Part shown: piece by piece, positions 26,527 through 38,039 of the stretch
How the letters are laid out: each line of letters begins with the position of its first letter
How positions within the stretch are numbered: the stretch's first letter is position 1
DNA from: Tubulanus polymorphus
Taxonomy: Eukaryota > Animalia > Nemertea
Length of the DNA stretch: 64,000 bases
Direction of reading: 5' to 3'
Assembly: GCF_964204645.1 (NCBI RefSeq)
Contig: NC_134032.1
Location: forward strand, 6,188,275 to 6,252,274
Program-made: the position numbers and the translations under genes
The notes under the pieces: generated by a model
What the model was told of the DNA's origin: nothing
What the model saw: only the letters and a program-made list of their open reading frames with translations
Database searches by the model: none

Positions 26527-27450
26527 GTATTTGAAATAGATGTAACATCTCCTAGTCCGTAGTTTCCACCGCTACCGAACAAGATGATTTTTGGCTCTCC
26601 TATTTGTGGTCTTTACTTGTATTGAACATGCAACAACCCGATGAAACCAGCACGAATCAAAGGAGATCTATGAAAAAATTGCTACTTGTTCACTGCCCGT
26701 CAGCAAGTTTAATTCTGTTTTCACAGGGCCCCATTCCAGAGGGCACCACATGCTGCGCCAAGATGATGCGTACTTTGGTTATCCACTGCTCACGATTTGT
26801 AGTAATTTGTTTAGGATTTCGATATCTGATGTTCTATTGCTGAGGTATTAATACCGGTATTAATATAAAAAGGCTACAAACCCTATGACATAGAGATCGG
26901 TACTCCTGGTGACGGTGTACATCCGTTTATCTCAAACATTCTATTTTGTTATCAAAAGGAAACGGTCGAGTCTGAGCTATATATGATCATCATACATTTG
27001 GCAACTGGGCACAGGAGCTCGTAAAGACCCCCTTTATCGAGATTCAAACGTTTCAACTCCTGACACAAGAGTATCATTTGATGTAACTATCTAACGATGG
27101 ACGTATAAACTATAGATCTAGTATATACTATACATAATGTAACAATTGCGTAGTAGTTTTAATACACTTTTGGGGCTCATTGAAGGGGGCCAGCGTAATT
27201 GTTTTCGTATGGATAAATAGTCGTTGCCAACCGCTCGAGCAGTTTTAAGCCCAACGCACTCGACGATGTAGGGATACTCGGAAACAAGGGACAGATAGAT
27301 GATTCCTGCATCGTATGTGTTTACGAGAACCATGGTTTCGGGAAAAAACGTATCAACATGATGGTGGTTTCCTTTTTTGTGTTTCCTGCATCGTGTGCGT
27401 TGGGCTTGAAATTACAATGATATTTCTAATAAGAATGGGTATCTTTTCAG

Positions 27451-27843
27451 AAAATGAACGCCAGTCAAATGAGATAAGTGCCGGTGGCAAACCGTTGTCC
27501 ATTAAAACATTCCAGTTCAAAGTCCATGCAGACACGCGCGTCGACAAGCTCTATTTTCAGTTCTACATAACAGACGCCGGGAATTGTTTCGGGGTGTTCC
27601 GAGCAGATGTCAAACTAGGTCCGATCTCTGATGATAAATTGGAGGTATCCGACTTCCAGTTGCCGACCATCAACATGATCACACCGCTCGTGCAGAACGT
27701 GAAACAGGGTTCGGGATATTCGCTTATCACGGAAATGTCGCTGAAATCTACCAAGAAAATTGACCATTCGAGAACTTATAAACGATGGTCGAAATACGTT
27801 CACAGGCGCGATGATGGACGTAAAAATGTAGTGAAAAATGAAG
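27451..27843 (+). CDS. Ig-like gene 1, coding exon 3 (phase 1 to 1), beta-rich domain
   Basis: Acceptor atcttttcag|, 393 nt open within ORF 27315-27851, donor GAAG|gtcggt; symmetric phase-1 exon as typical of extracellular modules. Confidence 0.65.
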
Positions 27844-28050
27844 GTCGGTAGCTATGACTGCTTGAGATAGCTCATTGATAATCTAATGAAAACCCCGCAG
27901 AAAGATTAAAACAGTCCAAAATTCTTTCCTTGAGTAAAAGATTTATTTTCGACGTTCGGTTGTATCTTTTAGTCATCTTCAGAAATACTAGCCGGATACA
28001 AAAGTGTTTTTCAGATATCAAAGGTTATAATGAGGACAACATCAATAATC

Positions 28051-28280
28051 CTGAAGCTGACTATTAGGATATAATCGAAACGTTGAATTTTTTTTAGTAT
28101 AAATTGATTTTATTAAACGAGTCAATGGTATACAAAATAAATACACGCTAAGGTCCAGAGGACATAATAAGCAATTACAATTATAATTGAAATGACAGTG
28201 ACATTTGACGGTGATAAAAAATAAATAAATGCACGTCGAAACGTTGAATGAACTACTAGCCATAGGAAACATTTCGGACT
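28051..28280 (+). mobile_element. Penelope-like terminus remnant (degenerate hammerhead core) in an intron of gene 1
   Basis: CTGAAGCTGACTATTAGGATATAATCGAAACGTT, and a second GTCGAAACGTTGAA..GGAAACATTTC matching 7196-7245. Confidence 0.55.
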
Positions 28281-28378
28281 CTTCTTAACCTGGGCTTTCA
28301 TCAATATACGAGAAAATGTCACTAAAAGTTGAGTAGGCTTATAATGTGTGGAAAAATATTAGTCACGATTTTTTTCAG

Positions 28379-28965
28379 CGAAGAGAAACTGGTTGAGCTC
28401 CAAAAAGGTTTACGTGGTACGACCCGAAATGGTAGTTAGTAAAGCTACACCTAGTGATGAAGGCATGTACTGTTTTGTGTTTGGGTTCAGTTACATGTTC
28501 ACGCACTGCGTTGTCGTTCATTTGGTAGGATCGGGAACTTTCGGTAAAGTCACTTACGTGAAGGTTTTCAGCTCAAAGACAACGCCGCGGGTTACGAGAA
28601 AATCGCAGGGGATCGACATTGACTCGTTGAGCTACTATGGCAACGTTCCAGTCTCCAGAACGGGAGACATGATCTACGTGATGGTCGACGGATGGCCTCC
28701 TCCGTACGTGCAAGTGTTTAAAACCGATAAGCACGGCGTTACGAGGAAATTGACGAATGATGTATACTGCGGATACGATATGACGACGACCAGGGTGTGT
28801 TTCTGGTCGGATGATGACGCGAATAACTCGTTCACTGTTGAAGCCGGATACAGGGAGCCGCTCGTGAGAAAAGCGTTTGAGACGATGATCTACACACCGA
28901 TCGAATTCACTGATGGCAAGAAGAATAAGAAAGTATCGTTTACTGATGGGAACGCAACGAATCAA
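28379..28965 (+). CDS. Ig-like gene 1, coding exon 4 (phase 1 to 0)
   Basis: Acceptor tttttttcag|, donor CAA|gtgagt; Ig-like motifs VVSKATPSDEGMYC and IYVMVDGWPPPYVQVFK; 3' end conserved in the paralog at ~35545-35603. Confidence 0.8.
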
Positions 28966-29537
28966 GTGAGTGAATAATTTCTGTGTGGCACTTTAAGAGT
29001 TACACTGCGCTCTTAGACCTGACCTGCGTGAATTGGTCCATGCCCTTGCTAGTCTTCCCTTCGTGGTTGTTCACCCTTTTTGTCCAGACAGATTTTGACA
29101 AAGCCAGCTGGAAATTTGACAATAGGGTCCTCTTTGAAATAATTTTGTTTCTATGGCCAATACATTCTAAGCGCATTTTGAATCTATAGCCAATCTAACA
29201 ATTTAAGACCAGTGTAAGCACATTTGGTTCTCTTCCATACCTCACAACTTAAGGCCAATCTAAACTCCTTTTGATTGTATAGCCTAGCCATCACTGGATC
29301 AGTCTGGCCACATCTCGGGCCTATCTATAATAATCTAAGGCCAGCCAAAGCACATTGTGGTTCTACATGTATAACAAATCTAACAACTCCAGACAAGTCT
29401 AAGACTATTTGTATTACGTAGCCTATAATCCGTCTAAGCACATCTTCGTTCAATAACCAATCTAACAACAAACACCAGACTAAGCTAAAAATGAAAAGCG
29501 TCAAGACAATTGTTGGACTAGCCATCACTGTACAACT

Positions 29538-30144
29538 GGTACAACAGTAATAATGCCAGATGTAAAAAAGTCATGTAATAATGCCAGAGGTAAAAATGCC
29601 GGAAAGAAATATGCAATATATCTGTTTATGCATATTCAAAATTATAATAATTATAATAACCTATAATTTTAATCTAATGCTTTCAACGAAAGTTTCAACA
29701 ATTAAATGAACTATTCATTTAATTGTTGATTTGATATCATGAAATACAACAGGAAATTAATTAATCTATACAAATGTTATATCTAAAATATGCATTCATT
29801 TTCTTATTTCCAATAATCTAGAAATATGTTACATCTGAATGCCATCTAGTATGAATAAGACTATCATGTCCAATGTTAGAATATTCTCATGTTTTAATTG
29901 CCTAGGTCTTGACTTTTTGAAAATAAATTACTGATTCAGTTTTTTTATTTCGATTATCTAGAAATACGTTATATCAAAACTGTGCATTCAATCTATAAAA
30001 TCTAGTGTACATAAGAATACCATGTCTAATTTTAAGAAATTCTCATGTTTGCAAAACCATCTGCATATTTTCGTCTGGCATTTTTAGCTCTGGCATTTTT
30101 ACATAAGGTATGGTTTTACCTGCATGGCATTATTACCTGGGCTC
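29538..30144. mobile_element. Non-autonomous DNA transposon (MULE-like), 8-bp TSD GTACAACT
   Basis: TSD at 29530-37 and 30145-52; termini GGTACAACAGTAATAATGCCAG / TGGCATTATTACCTGGGCTC; subterminal AATGCCAG repeats. Confidence 0.8.
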
Positions 30145-30186
30145 GTACAACTGGGCCCCTATCGTACACTGCTATATGGCAATGTT

Positions 30187-31430
30187 GGTACACGGCAATA
30201 ATGCCAGAGGTAAAAATAAAATGCCATAGTAAATAATGCCAGAAGTGTTTATGCCGAGTATAAATGCCGGACGTGCAAATATGCCGGAGAAAATGCCAGC
30301 AGGAAATATGCACGATATCCGTAAAATCATATTCCAAATCGTAACAACAAAAACTTAAATTAATGCTTGCCTTTCAACGAAACTTTTGATTCGAAATATC
30401 ATAACAAACTAGTGTGTCAAATCTTCATGAACTACTCAGAAAATTGTTGGCTGTATATTATGAATTACGACTAGCTTTAGCTAGTTTGTAAAGGTCATTT
30501 TGAATTCATTCATGAACTCAATAATAAATATAGCTGCAGAGAAGCGTTAACGGGTTTTCCGACAAGCCATGCGGCCAAAATTAAAGGAATTAGAGAAATT
30601 AAAGTTGTTTCATTCGCGGGATTCGAACTTGATGTGACACCTTCTGATTTAACAATAAATTGCCGGAGATTTGAACCAGATATAACTTGAGAAAATTGAA
30701 AGATGTCACCAAAGTAAACGGGTGCAGACAAAGATGTATGCAGGAATACGAAGCACCTGAAGGGACATACCGATTGCCGATCTCTAGTAGTATATTTCCG
30801 CCGGTGTTAACTGTCTGACAGTAAGTAATTCTAAGTTTGAAATAGGATGGAAAGCACATACATAGAATCTACGCAGAGAGAATCTGTTATATTACTACCA
30901 GAGTTCAACATTTCGTTAAGAAGATGTTTATAGTTGTCTATCTGATAGATGAATTTAAAGTGACGAAAAAAGTGGAAATATGTAATAATAATGATAATCA
31001 ACAGAATTACAAAAGGGATTTCGACGAAAGTCAGAAAACCCTAATTATTGATTTCATAGAACAAAATATAAAAACAAGTTCATTGATGTAGGATGTCTAA
31101 CTACGCATTCATTTTGTGAATTTCCAATAATCTAGAAATATGTCGTCTTATAATAATATCATCGTGTGAATAGGTCTATCATGTTAATATTGATATAATA
31201 ATATTCTCATTTTTCAATTACCTCTATTTTTAAATAAATGACTGATTCACTTTTAATTTCTAGATATATTTTATACTTAAACTGTGTACTCAATATGTGA
31301 AATCTTGAATAAATAAGAATATCATGTTCAATGTTCTCATATTCTCGTATTCCCATAATCATCTGCATATTTCGTTCTGGCATTTTTTTGTCCTCTGAAA
31401 TTTTCACCTCTGACATTAATACTTGGATTC
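30187..31430. mobile_element. Longer sibling of the same family, 8-bp TSD GCAATGTT
   Basis: TSD at 30179-86 and 31431-38; termini GGTACACGGCAATAATGCCAG / TGACATTAATACTTGGATTC; 31080-31390 homologous to 29790-30090. Confidence 0.8.
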
Positions 31431-31887
31431 GCAATGTTAACTTGTTTAACTCCTTTAAAAATCAACACCTTTTCCATGTAGGATTACTATCATTTTTAGC
31501 CTCTCAATTGATATTTAATTTGCCCTATTAGCATAATAACTCCACCAAAATGCCTCTACCTAAATATACCACACCTAGAATCCATCCACCCAGAATACCC
31601 TCATATGTGACTAGAATCCCTCTAGGCCCTAAATACAGTGGATTCATGCCTGAAGAAAAAATTAGGAATATATAAGTGAAACAATTTTAGAAAGAAAATT
31701 CTGTGTGATGCTGGAGCTAGAATGTGCAGGACAGACTCATTGTTGAAACCAATTAAAGTTCTAACGTATAGTGTAGTGATTAAAAGTAGTTAACTGAGCA
31801 CAACTAAGTTCATTTCAGTGTATTGTTATAACAATTGTTGCAGTTAAACGGAAATGAACTGAATTCATTGTGAAGACCGTAATCTAG

Positions 31888-32596
31888 CAGGCCCGGACAT
31901 GGGGGTTCGGGGGGTTCGGACGAAACTCCCTTTGGTGAAAGTTCCCTTTTTCAAATTTTGGACTTTCTCCTAAAAATTTTTTATCAAAAATTTCATCCCC
32001 AAACTAGAAAGGGCACATTTAGTCGTCCCTAATCACACACGCAGAAAAGAGGTAATACTTTTATTGTACGAGGCAGATAATTTCAAAGAAAAATCATGGC
32101 ACATTCAGTCGTCCATCAATACCAAAAAATTAAAGAAGAAAGGGCACCTTTTGTTGTTTTTATCAATCCCAAAAGTAGGAAAGTGCATACTTTTACTAGA
32201 CGAGACAAAAAGGTTTACCATTCTTCAGGATTTCATCTTTATTGCCATGAAACTACATTTTCATGCATTAAATTACCTAAAAGCACAATTTGTATCAGGA
32301 ATTCATTAATTGCTTGGAAAAGCAGTAAATCTTCAAACATTTCTTGCGGAGGTTTCCCAGACCACCCTCGTTTTTCGGTGATAATGCACTTTTTTACAAG
32401 TTGTCCCGTGATCCGTCCATCTTTATGGTCCAGATTGCAGGAAATCTAAAAACTGGTAAATACATCAAACACCCCTTTGGCGATCACACTGTCCGGCCCA
32501 CCGCCAGCGCCATCTTGGGTGCCTTTTTTGGTGACATTGCCCTTTTTCTCCAAGCAGAACTCCCCCCCCCCCCTGTTTTCTTAGATTTCAGGACTA
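31888..32596. mobile_element. hAT-like MITE (family shared with 41716-42421)
   Basis: Begins CAGGCCCGGACAT..GGTTCGGACGAA; interior colinear with 41716-42421. Confidence 0.7.
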
Positions 32597-32741
32597 ACTA
32601 ATATCCTATAATTTGAATATTACTTCCTTTCCTATATGGATCAAAGAAATCTTGCAACAGATTAAAGACATGAGGTAATCAACCCGGATTCGTTCTCTTC
32701 CCAGTTTCAAATACGTTTTTGGTGTTTATTTTGTTTTCTAG

Positions 32742-33017
32742 ATCACGTTCGAATGCGAAGTCACTTCAGAACCGAAAGCCACGATCACGTTTTACAAAAC
32801 ACCAAAATCTACAAACTTGCAACCGGAGTACGTAGTGACCGAGACGGGTAACACGCACATAGCGACGACTTCCAGAGGAAATGTGGTGAAAGCTAGGCTG
32901 ACTGTCGATAGCCTGAAACCAAGGAAACACGAGCCTGGATACTGGTACATTTGCAACGCGGACAACGGATACGACAGTAGCTTCCAGGGGTTGTATATCA
33001 ACCTAATCTCCGAATAG
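32742..33017 (+). CDS. Ig-like gene 1, terminal exon: I-set-like Ig domain
   Basis: Acceptor ttgttttctag|; ITFECEVTSEPKATITFYK...ARLTVDSL...WYICNADNGY...ISE*; both canonical Cys present; AATAAA ~30 nt after the stop; no transmembrane segment. Confidence 0.85.
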   Translation: MTFECEVTSEPKATITFYKTPKSTNLQPEYVVTETGNTHIATTSRGNVVKARLTVDSLKPRKHEPGYWYICNADNGYDSSFQGLYINLISE

Positions 33018-33489
33018 TAGCAAGGGGAACGAAGCTCGATGGCGATGAATAAAAATGGACAACCGATGTAGAATATTGAATAATATGTAATAGATGAAAT
33101 CGAAGTGACGGACGCCTCGTCACAGCGAATTTTATCTAGTACATGATACATTATAGAACTACGGAAAGATAACTTGTACGTTTGGTGTGAATCAGAGAAA
33201 ATCAGCCAAAACAATCTTATAGAAAGAAATGAACACTCACAAATTTACGATTTTGTGAATAAAACTTCCTCAAAGGAAAATCCCTAAATCTTATTTCATG
33301 TGTAAAAGTTATCCGATGACATCGATCTTATATTGAAAAGCCTATTGATCCCTGGGATGCATAAATCATTGCAATCTAATATCATGAAATTAATAAAATC
33401 TAAAATTGCCCGATCCAAAAATGCTGGATTTTAGTGAATGCGCTGCCGGATTTTAGCATGACGTAATTTTACTTCCGATTTCGCCATGA

Positions 33490-33778
33490 ACTTCAAACCG
33501 GACATCAATTGACGTCATTTTTTCTGGCTTCGTCAAAGTCAGATTCGGTTAAAAGACACTTTGAAGTAACCACATATACATGTTTATCAAAGTCGCGCTC
33601 CTTCAAATTGCCGTATGTTATTAAGTGATTAGAATTATTTCGATGAAATCTTTGTGCGCTTCCCAGTGCGACATTTGAACCAGCAAGGCAGAAAACCTTT
33701 GCTGTGCGGCTATATTTTTCGTTATATTTTGGCTTTTGGGAGTGACGCAGGCGGCTTCGTGATTTGATGCGAAACAAG
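33490..33778 (+). pseudogene. Decayed exon of family B (inverted paralog of ~38040-38190 and ~40295-40430)
   Basis: Encodes NYFDEIFVRFPVRHLNQQGR..CCAAI (frameshifted); donor AAG|gtatca at 33779. Confidence 0.5.
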
Positions 33779-34469
33779 GTATCACTTTATTGAAGGGCCT
33801 AATCGTGTTTATATATATGCAGAAAAATGAGCATATTTCTATAGAAATTGAACGTAACTAAGTCAATATGAGAATATCTATAACTCATGTTTGTTGACGA
33901 CTTGTTCATTGAAATTGTATGCCATCCAATTTCTGTTAATACTACCCAATCAAGCTATTGATCCTGAAAATTTCAAAAATGTAGATTAATATTTGTAAGA
34001 ATTACGAACTTTTGAATGAGATGAGCAATAATTGAAGTTGAATTATCGGGAAGACGATATCAATGTTTATAACTTCACCAGCGCACATTGTTGCATTAAC
34101 TTTATAAATGAGTGATATCATAAAAAAGTTTATTATCAGCCGAGTTCATCGATATTTCTACTTTGTTTCTATCTTAATCAAATCCAGACATATGAACGAA
34201 ATAAAAAAATTAAACCGGAGAAAAATAGGGACAAAAAATTCAACAATGCGGACCCGGCGGGTACCCAAAAAAATGGCGCCTGGAAACTGTAAAAAGGCTT
34301 ATTGACCACAGAAATTGGCATGAAATATGTAATTACGAGAATACCAGACACATCAGTTATGTGCGTATGAAGAATACCGAAAAAGCATAAAAACTGATTT
34401 TCGACACTACTCAATTACACAGTCGTGGAGATTACCTAAAAACAGATATGAGGTAGAATATACATGAAC

Positions 34470-34915
34470 TGGATTCAGTTTCAGAGTTGTAAGTTAAGAT
34501 TTGACTCATCTCGTTGAAAACGAAGTTATTGTATTTAACTGAGTTAACTCTTAACTTGAAAGTTAACTCATTGGAAATGCACAAATTTTAACTCACGACT
34601 GTAAAACTGGGGCCAAGTTCTATAGTTTTGATAGATTTGACTCGAAACACATTCCAAAATGGACTATCTTTATTTCAGAACTGTGAAACTGGGTACAGTT
34701 CCATGGTTATGAGTTAAGATTGGGCTCGAGGGTTAACTAATTGGAACTAATGTTAACATAGAGTTACTCACAACTCCAACGCAAATGGGACCTTGGACCC
34801 AGTTCCATGGTCAGGGTTTGACTCGGAGTTAACTCTTTGAGAATGAGGTGATTTCAATTAAGATCCGGTAAATCAGTTTGTGAGTCGAGATTTCACTGAG
34901 AAATGTGGGGCTTGT
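34470..34915. repeat. Head-to-tail cluster of short palindromic GAGTTAACTC MITEs
   Basis: Repeated CAGTT(T/C)CA...GATTTGACTC...GAGTTAACTC...AACTGG units; related pieces at 24775-24900 and 9485-9545. Confidence 0.55.
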
Positions 34916-34993
34916 ACAGGTACTTTACATATTTGTATATAATTCTGTTACTTAAAAATACTTTGTACTTATCATTCTGTTTTTGTCTTCCAG

Positions 34994-36301
34994 GTACCAT
35001 CGACAATGACGCGGTACTAAAAGTTGTTTATCTTAATCCTCTTAGTTCAAGTCAGTGAAGCCATGAAGGTTGGTATCGTAGTATTTAGATTATATCAGCT
35101 ATTGTTCCACAGTCAGGAGCTCATCTAGGGGTTTGTGGCCCTTGCACAAACAAGACTCAACTATTTTGAGTTGCCCTTTTCTGAATGCTCTTTTCGACAA
35201 TATCATTTGAAATACAGCTGTTTGACGGCCAATATGACGCATGTGAACAATGTGTGTGACTAGACTCTTCAGTATTCCTGAATATGACCATCAGGATGAA
35301 TGTTAAACTAATAACTCAAGGAAACATTACTGACTCTTTTACTCTCAGTGTTGAAATCTGTATCATCCTTACAACACTCAGACTCATAGTGTTCCTTCCA
35401 TCAATGATTATAACACGAACAGCATCGCATTCCCTGATGAGATGACTATTAGGATGTAGTCGGAACTTCGAATATTCTGTACCTAGTTTATATCATTTTC
35501 TTATTAGGCCTACTTAATTAGTGTCCTTTTTCTGATAATCTCATGTTCTGATGGCAAAGAGAATAAGAAAGTATCATTTAATGATAGGGACACAAATAAT
35601 CGGGTGAGTGGATGAGTTTTAGTATGCGACAAAGTGCTCTTCTTCTTGATATACGTACGGAGCTCCGAATTAGTACGGACGCCTTCTTGTTTGCGTTGCT
35701 GCCATTTGTAAAAAAAATACATTGTATATTCAAAACTAGCTGCGAATTTGACACTGATCCTCTCTAAGATTGCGATATTTGGGAGTACATAAAATCGTAT
35801 GAATGGATTACATTTTTTATGATAAACATAACATTTGCGAACTACTTGAGCATCGCGACTTAGCTAGATAGTTTTGCACGTTGAATTTTCATTATCTTTT
35901 ATAACGAATATTTTAGCAATAGGCATTAATTCAACTCACTGATTATATTGTGTTTTATAGATCACATTTGAATGCGAAGTCACCTCAGAACCGAAAGCCA
36001 CGATCAAATATTTCAAAACATCGTTCGGCATTGTAGATTCGAACTCTGGCTGCCTGAGTACGCGGGTTCCGCATTACCGGAGATGAGTGACACCCGTGTC
36101 GAGACTTCTTCACGAGAATATATCGCGAAAGCTAAACTCACCGTCAATAACTTGATACCAGGGGAATACGAATCTGAGCGCACATATATATGTAGCGCCG
36201 ACAATGGCTACGACAATATCTTCAAAACGTTGGTTGTAAAATGGCCCGCAACAGGTCATTCCTTCAACGCAACAATGTTCCACCACTTAGAAATCGATTA
36301 G
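34994..36301 (+). pseudogene. Ig-like gene 2: pseudogenised, internally deleted paralog of gene 1
   Basis: Signal exon MTRY*KLFILILLVQVSEAMK|gt (TAA at 35018); remnant SDGKENKKVSFNDRDTNNR|gtgagt ending 35603; last exon from 35961 ITFECEVTSEPKATIKYFK, then a frameshift into ...AKLTVNNL...TYICSADNGYD. Confidence 0.85.
35278..35470 (+). mobile_element. Penelope-like terminus remnant in gene 2 intron
   Basis: CTGAATATGACCATCAGGATG..AACTCAAGGAAACATT and CTGATGAGATGACTATTAGGATGTAGTCGGAAC. Confidence 0.5.
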
Positions 36302-37420
36302 ATTCGCCGAGTTAATACACATGATTAAAAAGTTAAATGAAACTTACCTGTAATTTGAAGTTGGATTGCAATTCTCTTGTCATAGTATACATCCATACTC
36401 CCTACTCATAATTTAACACTGTATAACTTCCTCATAGACTCTGCCATTTAGCTGCAAAGTATAGAGCCAATAACGTTACCAGTTTCATCGCCAATGACTT
36501 AAGAGTCAACTCCGATAGAGCATCAATGAATCAAAATGGGTTAGCAACACATTAACATCCCAGGCTTGTATATAACGTTGCAGTGCTATAGTCTATTATT
36601 GAAAACGCCTCATTATCCTTGAAAAATCTTACTTTTAATATCCGTTCTGTACTCGGTTTGCTTGTTCCTGTCCCCGAAAATCCTTCGTTCTGTAGACAGC
36701 CCCCGACAAATGGCATGCGACAACTTTTGCCACAGTGGGTGTTCCACATCCGATTCCGGTTGCCTCGCTAACCTACGGTTTTTTGCCGAATGTTCCGCAA
36801 AACTTCTGAGACCAAGATGAAAGGAGGAAAATGTAGAAGCTGAGACAACGCCATTCAACAGTGGATGCATCTACAGCCCACGCTTTCGTATCAGGCTAAC
36901 AAGACACACATCTGTCAACATGACGGTTATTCCTCAATAAAAACAAATCTACGCCAATACGCAGATTTAAATCATTTCTTAAAATTTCAGAAAATGTTGG
37001 GGTGGAGCATCCACTTAGTTTTCTGATTACATTCCTTCTGTAAAAATTCGGCTTTATTAACCCCTGGTAGGCAGCACTGATCCATATTCTATCTATCAGA
37101 GAGCTTACTTGTTGGAACAAAAACAACAAACTATGTTGGAATTCATGCCCTCCTGGGGACAGAAAAGAGTTATCTCTCGATTAGGGTGCTTCATCTTTAT
37201 TTGTGGAAGCTTGTTAATAGGCGCTTTGCCTTTTTAGCTGGCATTTTGCCTTTCCTGATTATCCCCTTCTTAATAGGTAGCGCCTCCTTCTGGCGACCCG
37301 AAGTCCCAGTCTCCATTGCTCGCAGTACCAGAAGACACACCCACCTCGCTCCCTTTTGTGCCCTTCATCGTAGACCAAGAGAAGCTAATCGTTGAACTCA
37401 GCCTCGGACATGATCACAAA
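36290..37420 (-). mobile_element. DIRS1-type tyrosine-recombinase retrotransposon remnant
   Basis: Minus-strand pieces WISAAY..(PGVNKAEFL), KWMLHPNIF, VDLFLLRNNRHVDRCVSC, FPPFILVSEVLRNIRQ, MWNT match the DIRS RNase H end and methyltransferase-like domain. AAACTTACCTGTAATTTGAAGTT near 36340 resembles a DIRS terminal region. Confidence 0.7.
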
Positions 37421-38039
37421 GTTAATTCCAGTAAATATAGGATATCGGGTGACAAAACGTTCAGTTAGAATAAACACCAAACACAAACAAGAGCTTCTAC
37501 GGAAAAGTAATCGCCTCTGCGAACCACAGAAAAATAAACACGTGTTACTGAGTTAAAAGCACTATGTACAATGAGTAGAAAGTATATATGTATATCTCAT
37601 GCTATCTCCAAGTGACCAGGAAGGATAATGAGAATGGGAACCGTAAAGCCAATGATCCCACAAGGTGGCGTTATGAGCACTCGATCTTACGTTGTCAAAA
37701 TTAATTCATTGTCAATCAGCTTGGAACTGAATTTCTAGGCTCCCGAATCCATACAGTACTAAAAGACCCACCAAATATACATTACATCCATTTAACCAGT
37801 GATTGGCATAGTTTCCATTGATTTTGATTTATTAAGTGAAAGTCTTATTCGATTTTTACTGTTAAATGTCGAAGAAATTGAACGTGTACGAATACTGAGT
37901 TATTACTAGAACCACCAGGTGGACCATAAGCTTGCCATTTAAGTAGAAACCCCGATTGCCACAATAACAATGGGAGCAGACCATTGCGTATCTGAACTCT
38001 TCTGGTAATGCGCCTCATTATACTGCTATTTCTACACGT

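Noticed and set aside
28463-28528. Possible 66-nt GC-AG intron in gene 1
   Set aside because: Stop-free, in frame and completes the Ig-like DEGMYC motif, so treated as coding; not excluded without RNA data
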